Shown here: piece after piece, positions 1-10,590 of the stretch
Layout: every line of letters begins with the position of its first letter
Position numbering within the stretch: position 1 is the stretch's first letter
Source: Octopus bimaculoides
Taxonomy: Eukaryota
Direction: 5' to 3'
NCBI RefSeq assembly: GCF_001194135.2
Contig: NC_068986.1
Coordinates: 44,066,390 to 44,130,389, forward strand
Length of the DNA stretch: 64,000 nucleotides
Notes under the pieces: generated by a model
The model's input: only the letters and a program-made list of their open reading frames with translations
Databases searched by the model: none
Told to the model about the DNA's origin: nothing
Program-made: the position numbers and the translations under genes

Positions 1-330
1 GTGGTATGACGTCAGTGTCTGGGGAGGCTGACCGGAAGGGGAAAAAGGACAGAGGGAGCCTCGATCGGCATTCGTGCCTTTTTCGAACGGGGCTGTGGTC
101 AGGACAAGACGTGTTAAGCGACGGTCTAGGTTTGGAAAGGTTTGGGAGAAGCAGCTGCTATTCCTGGTGTACTTTGGGTCGGGGCAAGCTTCAAGGATCG
201 GATACCGCAAGACGGACTCACAGTCGAGGAAAGGAAAACCGAGGTAAGGCGATTACATCTACTCGTACGCACACACCACAGCCGTCAACGCTTCTAAAGA
301 CAAACTTTGTTTGTTTACTTTCATCGTAAA
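1..330 (+). promoter_or_regulatory. CpG-rich promoter/first-exon-like region with 5' splice donor at 244
   Basis: GC- and CpG-rich (roughly 20+ CpG in 330 nt against a CpG-poor background). Contains TGACGTCA (CRE) at 7-14, CCGGAAG (ETS-type) near 32-38 and GAG|GTAAGG at 243/244. CpG density decays rightwards. Confidence 0.5.
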
Positions 331-799
331 AGTTGAATTTATCGTTAGCATCTTATGAAGCTATATTTATAAGTTCTAAAATTGCAGAAGAATTCGTTAC
401 TGGGCAGTTTAGTTTAATGGTAAAACACTTGACATGTAATCACAGATGTGAGTTCGAATCTCATGGCTGGCCGGCAACGTATTTTTCTGCATTATATGGA
501 TATTTTATCCTGATCACGCTATTTTATAGCATTATCACACATTTGAGAAATAAATTTATTTCTGTTTCTTACAAATTTAAATATATTTCTTCCTGTTGCT
601 AACCCTTACTTTTCACATAAATTATTTTGATTCCACTGCATTTCACATGTCGAAACTATTGTAATTGCCAAGCTGCAAGATTTGTGTTCACAAGAGATGT
701 AAATAAGTGTTTTCCATTTTCATTCAAATGGTACCAGTGTGAAGACATGCAGAAACAACACACACACGTACACACATTATACATGCATTGTGGACTCTC

Positions 800-1230
800 T
801 TACTACTTCAACAAATGAAGATTCAGCAAGATACAGAAATATCCCAACCTTATGGCTACCTGTGTATAGAGTCAAAGCCGAAGACATCCTCTATCTGTCT
901 TCCTGTTGTCACTAGACTCATAAAGTAAGTGTGGTGGTGTTGGAGCTGGTGTCTTTGTTTACTGATCAACTTGCACGATGAATACTGGGCATATTTCTTG
1001 AAGAGCCATTCCTGCTCTCTCTTCCTTCAAACTTGTTATTGGTCTGGTGCAATATATACAAGCCCAGTACTTCTCAGGATGCAGGATTTGCATGGAGTTA
1101 TCTTCTCTTAGACGAGCAGCTAAAGAGCTGAAGGGCCTCATTTTCTCTGGGTCCATTAGGGTGTCTGTGAATGACATTCTGGAGGCAATTCCATTCATAC
1201 AAACATACATTAGCTCCCATTTAGTTTCCA
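800..1230 (-). mobile_element. Degenerate RTE-clade LINE ORF2 3' fragment
   Basis: Frameshifted translation includes ..PHLLYESSDNRKTDRGCLRL.., resembling the RTE motif PKQLLYGEL..GKR..GRPRLRY. Confidence 0.45.
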
Positions 1231-1789
1231 TCTAACAAATTTCACTCACAAGGTTGGCCGTCTAAGGAACTATTTACCCTCCTTGTCTCTTGATTTCATA
1301 AAATAAAAAAAAATTCTTTTTTTTCATAGTCATTTGTATTCCCATGTGTAGAATACAAATTCATAAAAATTTTCTGAAAATTCCAAAATATGAAAAAAGT
1401 TATCACCCAAGCTGTAACTGTTACATGCTGGCATTGACAATCTACTATAGCATTGTCTATTTTTCTATCCTAGCTACAGTACACTTACATTATCACATAA
1501 TTATGTTTTTAAGAATCTGTCTTTTGCTTCCATTTTATTTCATACAATTGGTAATCTCTTAGGCCTTAAATTGATGAAACATTGGTATTTTCAGAATGGA
1601 AGATGTAAAGAATTCATGTCCATTCACAAATGTTTACAAGAAACAGCTTTTAGCTGGAAGAAGACAAAATCTGTTGGAAGATGTGTTGCTATGTGTGATA
1701 GGAAATGGTTTCGGTAAATTTAATTTTTATTTTATATAATCTACCAAACTGAAATAGAGATTAAATAATAAAGGTTTTGATAAGTGGTT

Positions 1790-2010
1790 AAATATTGGTT
1801 TCAAATTTTGGCACAAGACCAAGTTCAGGGGAGGGGGTAAGTCGATTACATGGACCCCAATGTTCAACTGATACTTATTTTATTGACCTCGAAAGGATGA
1901 AAGGCAAAGTCAACCTCAGCAGAATTGGAACTCAGAACATGCAGACGGACAAAATGCCACTAAGCATTTTGCTCCGTGTGCTTACAATTCTACCATCTCA
2001 CCACCTTATA
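1790..2010 (-). mobile_element. tRNA-derived SINE, family C (Meta-domain-like core)
   Basis: Reverse complement carries GACTTTGCCTTTCATCCTTTCGAGGTCAATAAAATAAGTA, shared with copies at 8805-9880, 16038, 36262, 51680 and 53410. Confidence 0.8.
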
Positions 2011-3231
2011 AGTGGTTAAATATTTTCAAATGTTATTAGACATTATTAGACACTCTCTACAAAGTAGTTCCTAACAAAAGTCACAGAAACAATGCCAAAA
2101 ATGGAATGTTTGTGGAAGTCAGATTCTCAACATATGTAGGAGGGTAGTAAATCTGAATAAGAACTGACTGAAATTGTGACGAATTTTATATCCCATATGA
2201 GCATGGAATTGAGGACAATAACAAAGTATTAATTTGAGACTAAAAAGTGCACCAGGCTCAGGGCAGGTTTCTAAGTGCACATCTGTTGTTTGCCATCCAA
2301 CCACATTACTGACTATACTACAGAACACATACTAATTGTACTTCTTATATTAAGTACTATAAATCTGTTTTTTTCCTCCTATTCTTAACTACTTTATCCC
2401 CTCAAGATAGTCGGTTAGTTACTTAGTGCTAGCAAGATAGATTATGATACTAATGTTCTACATAACAAGGTGCCTCACTGTAGTTAACTAACTGATTTTC
2501 TTATGATAGAAAATCAATTTATGGCACCCAATTTGTGTGGTAGGTATTCTAAAGTGTAATTTTTATAAAGTGATCGCCAGCTAAGCAAAAGGCTAGTTCA
2601 AGTCCTGACAGTTAAACGTGGCTCCTTTCTGTTTCAATCTGTCCCAGTTTGCTAACAGATATAATCATTATTATAATTTTTGTGAAATTTGTATGTAACA
2701 TAACTTCCAGTTTGGTTTGCAACTTCCCTAACTCTCTTCTTATCTCCCTCTGTACATAGACAGACACATACATATATATTTCTCAAAACAGTTGTTTAAG
2801 ACATCAAGTTACCACTTTCAAAAATATAAAAGTTTCATCATAAGAGTAAGTTTATTGCAAAATGGAAAGAAAATTATGAATATTAGTTCAATCTTTCACC
2901 TTGTACGCTTGTAACCGAGACTACTCATGGGCATTGATCATTTAAGTTTTCTCTATTCAGTCATTTCAGAAAGTAGTTGAATGATTATTTTCTTACAGCC
3001 ATATTAAAATTCATATATTATTGAACAGTTTCTCATGAAAGGAGAATGCTTGATTTCACAAAGTCAAGCAAAAGATGTAGTGGCAACATTCTATCACTGT
3101 CATTACTTCGATCTCTCACTCACCCTCAGTTTGGTAGATATGTGTGTGTGTGTGTGTGCATGTGTCACTCTTAGTGCTAGTAGAGTATGTGCATGTGTAT
3201 ATATGTATATATATGTGTGTGTGTGTGTGTG

Positions 3232-3420
3232 CTGGTGGTACGTAAAAAGCTCCCACTACACTCTCGTAGTGGTTGGCGTTAGGAAGGGCATCCAGCTGTA
3301 GAAACTCTGCCAGATCAGATTAGAGCCTGATACAGCCATCTGGCTTGCTAGTCCTCAGTCAAACCGTCCAACCCATGCTAGCATGGCAAGTGGATGTTAA
3401 ACAATGATGATGATGATATA
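3232..3420 (+). mobile_element. Short retroposon 3' end, family D, with (GAT)n tail
   Basis: GGTTGGCGTTAGGAAGGGCATCCAGCTGTAGAAA...CCATGCTAGCATGG...GATGATGAT. Homologous pieces lie at about 12230-12435, 14960-15190, 16560-16690, 26340-26465, 50450-50570, 51470-51660 and 59400-59650. Confidence 0.75.
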
Positions 3421-3426
3421 TATATC

Positions 3427-3642
3427 ATTGCTGTTATGTCTAAATTTGGCCAAATGCGTTTTTGTCGATATTTATTTTTGCTTGCAATAATCGGTTCTTT
3501 TGGTCAAACTATCATATCTCCAGATGCCAAGATATGGAGATTGTCAAAGTGTAATACAATGGTTTTACTATGGAATGGTGAAACTATTTCTACATTTTCT
3601 GAAAAAGCAACATTTTGGATTTACAACACTTTTGCATAATAG

Positions 3643-3646
<4 letters not shown>
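3427..3646. mobile_element. Candidate MITE with 12-bp TIRs between TA runs
   Basis: ATTGCTGTTATG ... CATAATAGCAAT (1 mismatch), with TA repeats on both sides. Confidence 0.45.

Positions 3647-3647
<1 letters not shown>

Positions 3648-3686
<39 letters not shown>
3648..3686. repeat. (TA)n microsatellite
   Basis: Direct reading. Other long TA runs are at 7836-7873, 18683-18762, 29525-29549, 42170-42188, 42965-43020, 61750-61764 and 62043-62067. Confidence 0.95.
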
Positions 3687-3693
<7 letters not shown>

Positions 3694-4266
3694 AGTAACT
3701 ATGGAAGACTGGTGGGATTATTATTTGTATGGACTTAAAGATTGGTCGCTATTTAGTATATAATTTAGTTATTGTAGGTTTACTATTAATACCAATACAA
3801 TTATACATATTTCTTGTTGTAGTTTAATTTTAAAATTAGTGTTTAATCCTGCCTATATTTAGATTGAATACTGTTGTATATAGGGTAAATATATTTGAAA
3901 GTTGTTTGTTTGTGTGTTTTTGGGGGGGATTGTATGTTTGTTCCCAAACAACACTTCTTTTGATGCTGTTGACACTGCTGGATTGAATGATATTGCCCAG
4001 GTGTCAAAACTATAATGATATCCGTTGTGGCAGCTGATGATGGAGGTATGTTGGATTGTTGGTATGGCTGTTTTGTATATGTGGAATAGTATCGTAACAC
4101 ATCCTTTTGATAGGTGTGTGTGTGTCACTCTTACTGCTACCATTAACATGTAACCCAGCACATTCTGTCACTTGGCTAGGTCATTGTCAACAAAAGCCAT
4201 CAATCCTATCAAGCTTGCTTGATAAGAAGGGTGGTTTTCATTTCATTCACAAAACCTACTGAAAAC

Positions 4267-4860
4267 TTCTTATGGTCATAAAGGAAAGACGAGATGATGT
4301 TCAGCATGAAACTTGACACACCAAAAGATTGGAGCTTCCATAGAAGTCCAGCATACAAAACCCTATCAAATGCCTTAGAGATATCAAGAGCAACTACCCT
4401 AGCTTGACCAGATACATTCAAGGCACGATAAACCTGCTTGGATATAATAGTGAGAAGATCAGCAGTAGACTGTCTAGCATGGAAATCATATTGAGTGTAG
4501 GAGAATAAACGATTTGAGTCAAGATATTTTACAAGAGAGTCATTAATCAAGGACTCAAAAACCTTATTGGTGATTGGTAGTAGACTAATTGGTCTATAAT
4601 TATGAGGATTAGATCAATCACCACAGTTCTTAAAGACAGGAACAACAGTTGGGAATTTCCATAAAGAAGGCAAACAAGATTCTGAGATACACTTTCAAAA
4701 GAGCCTAGATAAGACAGAAGACAACTCAGGAGAGCACTTCTAAAAAACAATGACTGGAATAACATCAGGTCCAATTGCTTTACATGGATCCAATCGTACC
4801 ACAATGGCCACAACCTTAGCAGAAGTAATATAACAACTATGTAACAGTTTATCAGTTTTG
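4267..4860 (-). mobile_element. CR1/Jockey-group LINE reverse-transcriptase fragment
   Basis: LDPCKAIGPDVIPV..NYRPISLLP..QYDFHARQSTADLL..VVALDISKAFDRV..LLWKLQSFG, with stops and frameshifts. Confidence 0.92.
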
Positions 4861-5083
4861 AGAACTGATAACTTATCAAAATCCAATGCAGTAGTGTTGA
4901 TGTATTTTGTCTCCCAAGGAAGCATGTGATTGACTCACTTATCAAATATATTTCTACACAAAATTAAATAACATTTGAATGTATGATATAAATATTTCTT
5001 CAAATATTACTTCACTAATTAACATTTCAAACCATAAATTCAAATCAAACTTTTGATAATTTTTTTTTTCTTTTCCATTCCAG

Positions 5084-5235
5084 AGGCTATATTTTGAAAA
5101 TAATTTCTAGTGAATTTGCAGAAGTTTTTTTAGTTGATGTTGGTAACATTGCTGAAGTTAATTTTCAGTTTATCAGATTATCACCTGACGTTATTTGGAG
5201 GCTTTCTCCAATGGCTAGAGCCTTCAAAATACCAG
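5084..5235 (+). CDS. Tudor domain C-terminal half (exon, phase 2 to 1); continues the minus-strand exon 21808-21926
   Basis: Strong acceptor (T-run...TTCCAG|) and donor (CAG|GTAAGT). Encodes GYILKIISSEFAEVFLVDVGNIAEVNFQFIRLSPDVIWRLSPMARAFKIP, matching the Tudor/extended-Tudor consensus V.fvDyGn.e.v....lr.l.....lP..A. Confidence 0.88.
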
Positions 5236-5370
5236 GTAAGTTTATTACAATAAAAAGAATAATTATGAGAAAGACTGTTTTTATTTTCAATTCATCCCAT
5301 GAAAAGTTTTGTTTCAAGGCTGTCCATTATATCATAAGAAATATTTAGATTCTGTTTTGTCTTGTTTCAG

Positions 5371-5450
5371 AAAGTTTCAAAGAACTTCCTGGAAATGCTT
5401 TGCAAGAAAATTTATCATTGGTTATTCTTAAACTAGAAACTGCAAGTTCA
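5371..5450 (+). CDS. Exon following the Tudor core (phase 1 to 0)
   Basis: TTGTTTCAG| ... TCA|GTGAGT. Encodes ESFKELPGNALQENLSLVILKLETASS, in frame with 5084-5235. Confidence 0.85.
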
Positions 5451-6109
5451 GTGAGTATTTGATCATATGACTTTTCTGTAGCATAATAAAGCATGAGAAG
5501 TGATGGGTTTGTGCTTTAGTATATATTAAAGAAAATAGGCATCTTTACATAAAGTGAAATGTAGTTAATGCCACTTTTGTTCTCAGGATTCATAAAAAAC
5601 ATGTTACATAAGCTCCAAAATATTTTTCCAATTTTGAAATGAAATTTTAGGAAAATTAATTTTCCTTAAATTAGATGCTGGATAAATGTTCTGCAGTTTT
5701 TTTACATTAACAAATTCTAAGTTCAATTTTTATGTCTCTAGAATGTAAAGAGCTTATTATATAGAACAAGATTCAATTTTACTGCTACACATCTAATTTC
5801 ACAACAATGCAATTATTTGAGAATTGTTAATAACTTTTTTTTTTTCAAGTAAAATTAATCGCCACATCAAAGTGGCAGTTCCATGTTACTACTAGTTTAA
5901 CCCCAGGCAGATCGTCCACCAGCTGGTTATTGGTGCAGCCCTGCACCCTGTACATGTATACAACTAGCTATTTTGCCCTTTTTTTTTTTTAAAGGCTATA
6001 ATAAGTTTGTTAAAAATAAGTGTACAACACTCAAATATTCAGTTGAGCATGGTCTTAAATATAATTTTATATCAACATGTGAATAAAAGTCCATCTGAGA
6101 TTTGGAAAG

Positions 6110-6440
6110 CCTCAGCATAGGTGCAGGCATGGTTGTGTAGTTAAGAAGCTCAGTTTGCAGCAGTATGGTTTCAGGTTCAGTCCAATAGTGCGGCATCTTG
6201 GTCACATGTCTTTTACTATAGCCCTAGGACAACCAATGCTTTGTAAATGAATTTGGTTGATGAAAACTGTCGTCTATTTGTCCCCCCATTGCTGTTTGAC
6301 AATTGGTGTTGGTTTGTGCATGTCCCCATGACTTAGCAGTTTGGCAAAAAGAGACTGATAGAATAAGTACAAGATTTACTATAAGTACTGAAGTCAATTT
6401 GTTTGACAAAACTACAGTACAATGACTGAAACAAATAAAA
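6110..6440 (+). mobile_element. tRNA-derived SINE, family B
   Basis: GCAGGCATGGTTGTGTAGTTAAGAAG...GGTTCAGTCC head and ...GACTGAAACAAATAAAAG tail. Homologous to 58842-59245. Confidence 0.75.
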
Positions 6441-6684
6441 GGTTAATGGTTAAACTAGTTAACAGGATGAACTGTTCGGTTTTCAGCTCTGCTGTACCAT
6501 AGAAAGATTCTTATTAAAATACACCAATGCTTTTTTTCAATATATTATGTATAAAGTCCACATCTAAGCTTTTGTAAAAGGTATGAAAACCATATATTCT
6601 ACTTCTCCCTTCTTTAAAATAAGGGGCTAAATACCTATTCAACATAAATTGATTTTATATTTTTCTGTTGTTTTTTTTTTTCAG

Positions 6685-6717
6685 GGTTATATCACACTAG
6701 TGAAAATTAAAGATTGA
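6685..6717 (+). CDS. Terminal coding exon GYITLVKIKD*
   Basis: Long T-tract acceptor TTTTTTCAG|, phase 0, stop TGA at 6715-6717. Confidence 0.75.
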   Translation, partial: GYITLVKIKD

Positions 6718-7179
6718 TCCCAGATGAGCTGACTCTATAAATATTTTCTTAAATCATGTTTTTTTCTTTTTTTACTGAAATCTTCGAAGACCAAAATATG
6801 GAAGGGTTCCATGCAAACAGCAGTTGAGCATGGGTCAGTCAGTGCTAAGAAGCAGGCAAAGGCTTCCATTAAAGGCACCAAGTCGATCATTGTACTTCAG
6901 ATGACAATTATGTTGATTTAATAATGTTATTTTAACTGTGATCAGTAAGTCCATTGTGCAAATAGTAATGACAAGAAGCAAAAGAATATCTCCACTTGAA
7001 GATGTTTTTACTATGTTTGATGAAGTATGACTGCATTGTATTCAAACTTCTGTTGTGAATGACTTAGCTTTTCATCACACTGAGATCAACAAAGTAAATG
7101 CCAGTAATGCATTGAGAAGAGATTACAGCACTTCTTTTCTGTTTGTTTTTTTTATATATATATTTATATCATACATGAT

Positions 7180-7185
7180 AATAAA
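7180..7185 (+). terminator. Candidate polyadenylation signal AATAAA
   Basis: Lies about 460 nt after the stop at 6717. AATAAA is common in AT-rich DNA. Confidence 0.3.
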
Positions 7186-7187
7186 TC

Positions 7188-7592
7188 TTAACTCTTTCGC
7201 ATGAAGGTTGGTCTGTCAAATATGAGGGGGCACTGCAAAGTTCTTGGCTTTAAGGGTATTATGAAAGGCCTGATCGGAGACCAAACTTCTGAATTCTTTT
7301 ACCGGGCTTAGAAAAACTGAAGGGCCGCTGCAGTAAGTGTGTGAATCTGAGAGGAGAAGATGTTGAACAAAATCATAATTAACTGATCCTCCTGTATTTT
7401 CTTTTACCCAAAGCCAGGGACTTTTCAGCACCTCCTCATATAATGCTTATTTATTCATATTGCTTCAAAATAACCAAGAATTATCTCAAAGCTTCAAGAT
7501 TACAATGATGTGACTGTTTATTTTTAGAAAGACATTGTAGGGAGGTATGAATATTTGGGCCAGATATGGCCAATTTGAATGTTAAAGGGTTA
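7188..7592. mobile_element. piggyBac-like MITE (TTAA-CCCTTT...AAAGGG-TTAA family) interrupted by a mariner MITE
   Basis: Ends TTAACTCTTT / AAAGGGTTAA, with body TAGAAAGACATTGTAGG...GAATATTTGGGCCAGATATGGCC. Confidence 0.75.
7223..7438. mobile_element. Tc1/mariner-type MITE with TA target-site duplication
   Basis: TA|TGAGGGGGCACTGCAAAGTTCTTGGCTT ... AAGCCAGGGACTTTTCAGCACCTCCTCA|TA, about 28-bp imperfect TIRs. Confidence 0.8.
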
Positions 7593-7833
7593 AAGTTATT
7601 ATTTTGGTGCAAAGATAATTCACAAAACCTACTGAAAATTGATAACTTATCAAAGCCAAAGCAGTAGTGTTGATGTATTTGTCTCTCAAGGAAGCATGTA
7701 ATTGACTTACTTATCAAATATATTTCTGCACAAAATTAAATAACATTTCAATTTGCAAGAAGAATTCTTTTTTGTTTTTTATTTTACTAACCAATAAATG
7801 TATGACTAGAGCTGCCATACTCACATTAGCCAA

Positions 7834-7875
<42 letters not shown>

Positions 7876-8152
7876 CAAAACCAATCAAGAAGAAATGAAA
7901 CTTGTATGAAATACCTAGGAAGTGTTGTGAACTGGTTGTTAAAATTATAAGTTCTTTACATGACTCATAAATAAATTTAAAAAATGAAAATTGAAATTAT
8001 AGCTTCAGTGTAGCTTTTATGTAATACAGCAGTTTTGATCACAATCAAAAGCATTTTTTTGTTGAAAATTATATTGTTTTGCTCTTATTATATTTATATA
8101 ATAATTATTCTGATGAATCAATTAGCTTTCTTAATTTTGTTTACTGTGACAG

Positions 8153-8213
8153 GCTGGTGTCTCGTTCTCAGGAAATGTTGTGACCTCAGTTACTTACATG
8201 CCAAGGAAATCAG
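8153..8213 (+). CDS. Candidate alternative exon (phase 0 to 1) AGVSFSGNVVTSVTYMPRKS
   Basis: Acceptor TTTTGTTTACTGTGACAG| and donor CAG|GTAACC. Phase-compatible with 5371-5450. No homology recognised. Confidence 0.3.
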
Positions 8214-8688
8214 GTAACCAACCCTATGAGTCTTAGCACTTGAGACATTAAAGTCCAGGGGTTAATAATGAACATAAATTTATTAATTTATTATGAATAA
8301 CATAAATTAGACTATTGCTCAAATTTACATAGCTTGTGAGGAAAACAAAATTAGAATTTTCTTTTATTTCAAGGTGGGAAAAAAACAATAGATGATCCTT
8401 GGCTGTATACAAATTAAGTACCAGGATGGTAATGCAGTCCATTCCATGTTTTGCTAAAAAAAATGATATTGGAATATTCAAATCTTATACAAGAGATTTT
8501 GTGCTTTTTATCTAATTTTTTAAAGCTTATTCATTTACTTGAAAAATAAAAATTCTTCAACTGCATTTCAAAGGAAATGCAAAAATTTTCTTTATTAAAT
8601 CCATTTTATCAACTTCTTTATTTGATTGCTTTCTTCATTTACTTGAAAATTTAAGAAATCTGCTATTTTACCCCTATTTTTACTTCAG

Positions 8689-8780
8689 TGATAGCTGCTG
8701 AAGAGTTAGGTTTAACAAACTCAAGCACATTTCATTCAGCTAGTCCCTATGGCAGTCCAGTGTGTTCATTTCTACAATAA
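8689..8780 (+). CDS. Candidate alternative terminal exon VIAAEELGLTNSSTFHSASPYGSPVCSFLQ*
   Basis: Strong acceptor CCCCTATTTTTACTTCAG|, phase 1, compatible with 8153-8213. Confidence 0.28.
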
Positions 8781-8804
8781 GCAGATTTTTTTCTTTTTCA
8801 TTGT

Positions 8805-9880
8805 TAGAAAAAATAGCTAGAGTTGATAAAAGCAGGCAGATTGTTTGCTGAATGCTACATTATATCTAGTTCAAATCTGATGTCAACCTTTGCCTTTCAC
8901 TCTTTCAGAGTTGATAATTTAAGTACCAGTGAAACACTGGGGTCACTGTAATTGACTAGTCCCCTCCCCACAAATTTCAGCCCTTGTGCCTTTAGTAGAA
9001 AGGATTATTATTATTATTATTAAACCAGTGAGCTGGCAGAATTGTTAGTATGCTGGACAAAATGCTTAGCAGTATTTTGCCCGCTGCTACATTCTCAGTT
9101 AAAATTCCAGCAAGGTCAACTTTGCCTTTTATCCTTTCAGAGTTGATAAATTAAGTACCAGTGAAACTCAGGGGTCAATGTAATCAACTAGTCCCATCCC
9201 ACTAAATTTCAAGCCTTGTGCTTTTAGGAGGAAGGATTATTATTATTATTAAGGCAGTGAACTGACAGAATCATTAGCGCATCAGATGAAATGCTTAGTG
9301 GCATTTCTTCCAGTTCTTTACATTCTGAGTTCAAATCTTGCCAAGGTTGACTTTGCCTTTCATCATTTCAGGGTTGATGAAATAAATACCAGTTGTGTAT
9401 CGGGACTGATTGTAATCAACTAATTCCCACCCTGTAAAATTGCTGGCATTGTGCCAAAATTTGAAATTATTATTAAGGCAGCAAGCTAGGAGAATTGTTA
9501 GCAAGTTGAACAAAATACTTAGCAGCATTTTCTCATCCTTTCAAGGTCGATAAAGTAAGTGCCAGTTGAGCATTGGGGCCAATGTGACTAACTAATCCCT
9601 CTCCCTAAAATTGCTAACCCTGTTCCAAAGTCAGAATTATTATTTAGGGTAAGGTGCTAGCATGGTTGTTAGTGCATCAGGAAAAAATGCTTTGCAGAAT
9701 TTCTTCCAACTCTATATTCTACTTTCAAATCCCATTAGGGTTGATTCTGAATCTTGTCCTTTCAGATGAAATAAAGTACTAGTCACATCCTGGGGATGGG
9801 AGTGGGATCAGTGGTATAAACTAACCACCTCCCCTTAAAATTACTGGCTTGTGACTAAATTAGAGACCATTATTATTATT
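8805..9880 (+). mobile_element. Five head-to-tail diverged family C SINE copies
   Basis: Units at about 8805-9021, 9022-9250, 9251-9474, 9475-9645 and 9646-9880. Each has the CCTTTC..GATAA..AAGTACCAG core and an (ATT)n tail. Confidence 0.85.
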
Positions 9881-10309
9881 GCTTCAGACTAAATGGAAAA
9901 AGAGCAACATCTATGACTTCTGGGATTTTTTAATACTTCCAAGACTAGAGGAAAGAAACTATGGTTCATGGGTTATCAACCAGAGACTTGTTATGAATTA
10001 TTATAACAAAGTAGGTTCTCCTGAAGGGCATCAAGGACCATATAATGGTATTAATGTTAGCAATAGATTACAACCACCAAATATTACTTTCATCCTTCTA
10101 AAATCAATAGAATTACATTGGCATTGTACTAAATCAAAAGATAAATTTGTTTACTAAGATCCGTCTTTTATATATCTAAGTTTTCAATTGTATCAAATAC
10201 TCTTTTCTGCCAGCAGCAGTTTTTAGCAAGGTCACAAGCTACTTTCAGTATTATCAGAAACATTTTGTTTCACTTACATTACATGCAGTTTGGGGTATTT
10301 AATGGTGCA

Positions 10310-10590
10310 GTTTTAACTAAGAAGAGATATTGAGAAATTAATCTGATGGTATAAAGATACCACCTGTTATTAAGATCACTGAGAAATAATGATGGATACT
10401 AGTATAGGGGTGCTGCAGGATGATAAGGTAATAGAGAAATGAGAAGGTCTCAAAAGTACAAAATAAGGATTAGAAAGGTATTTGAAACAAAACTAAATGG
10501 AGGGAATGTTATCAATATGTGGGCCATGCTGTGTTGAGACACTCCTTTTCTATAATGGACAAAGACAAAGCTACAGGAAATAGAATATCA
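10310..10590 (+). mobile_element. Degenerate R4/Dong-like non-LTR retrotransposon fragment
   Basis: ..RIRKVFETKLNGGNVINMWAML.. resembles RR.RK.L.SKLNG.N.I.AIN.WAV. Confidence 0.5.

Noticed and set aside
7711-8452. Minus-strand chain of small exons (8452, 8238-8198, 7725-7711)
   Set aside because: Careful translation gives stops within 8238-8198 or at the next junction, so no continuous ORF.
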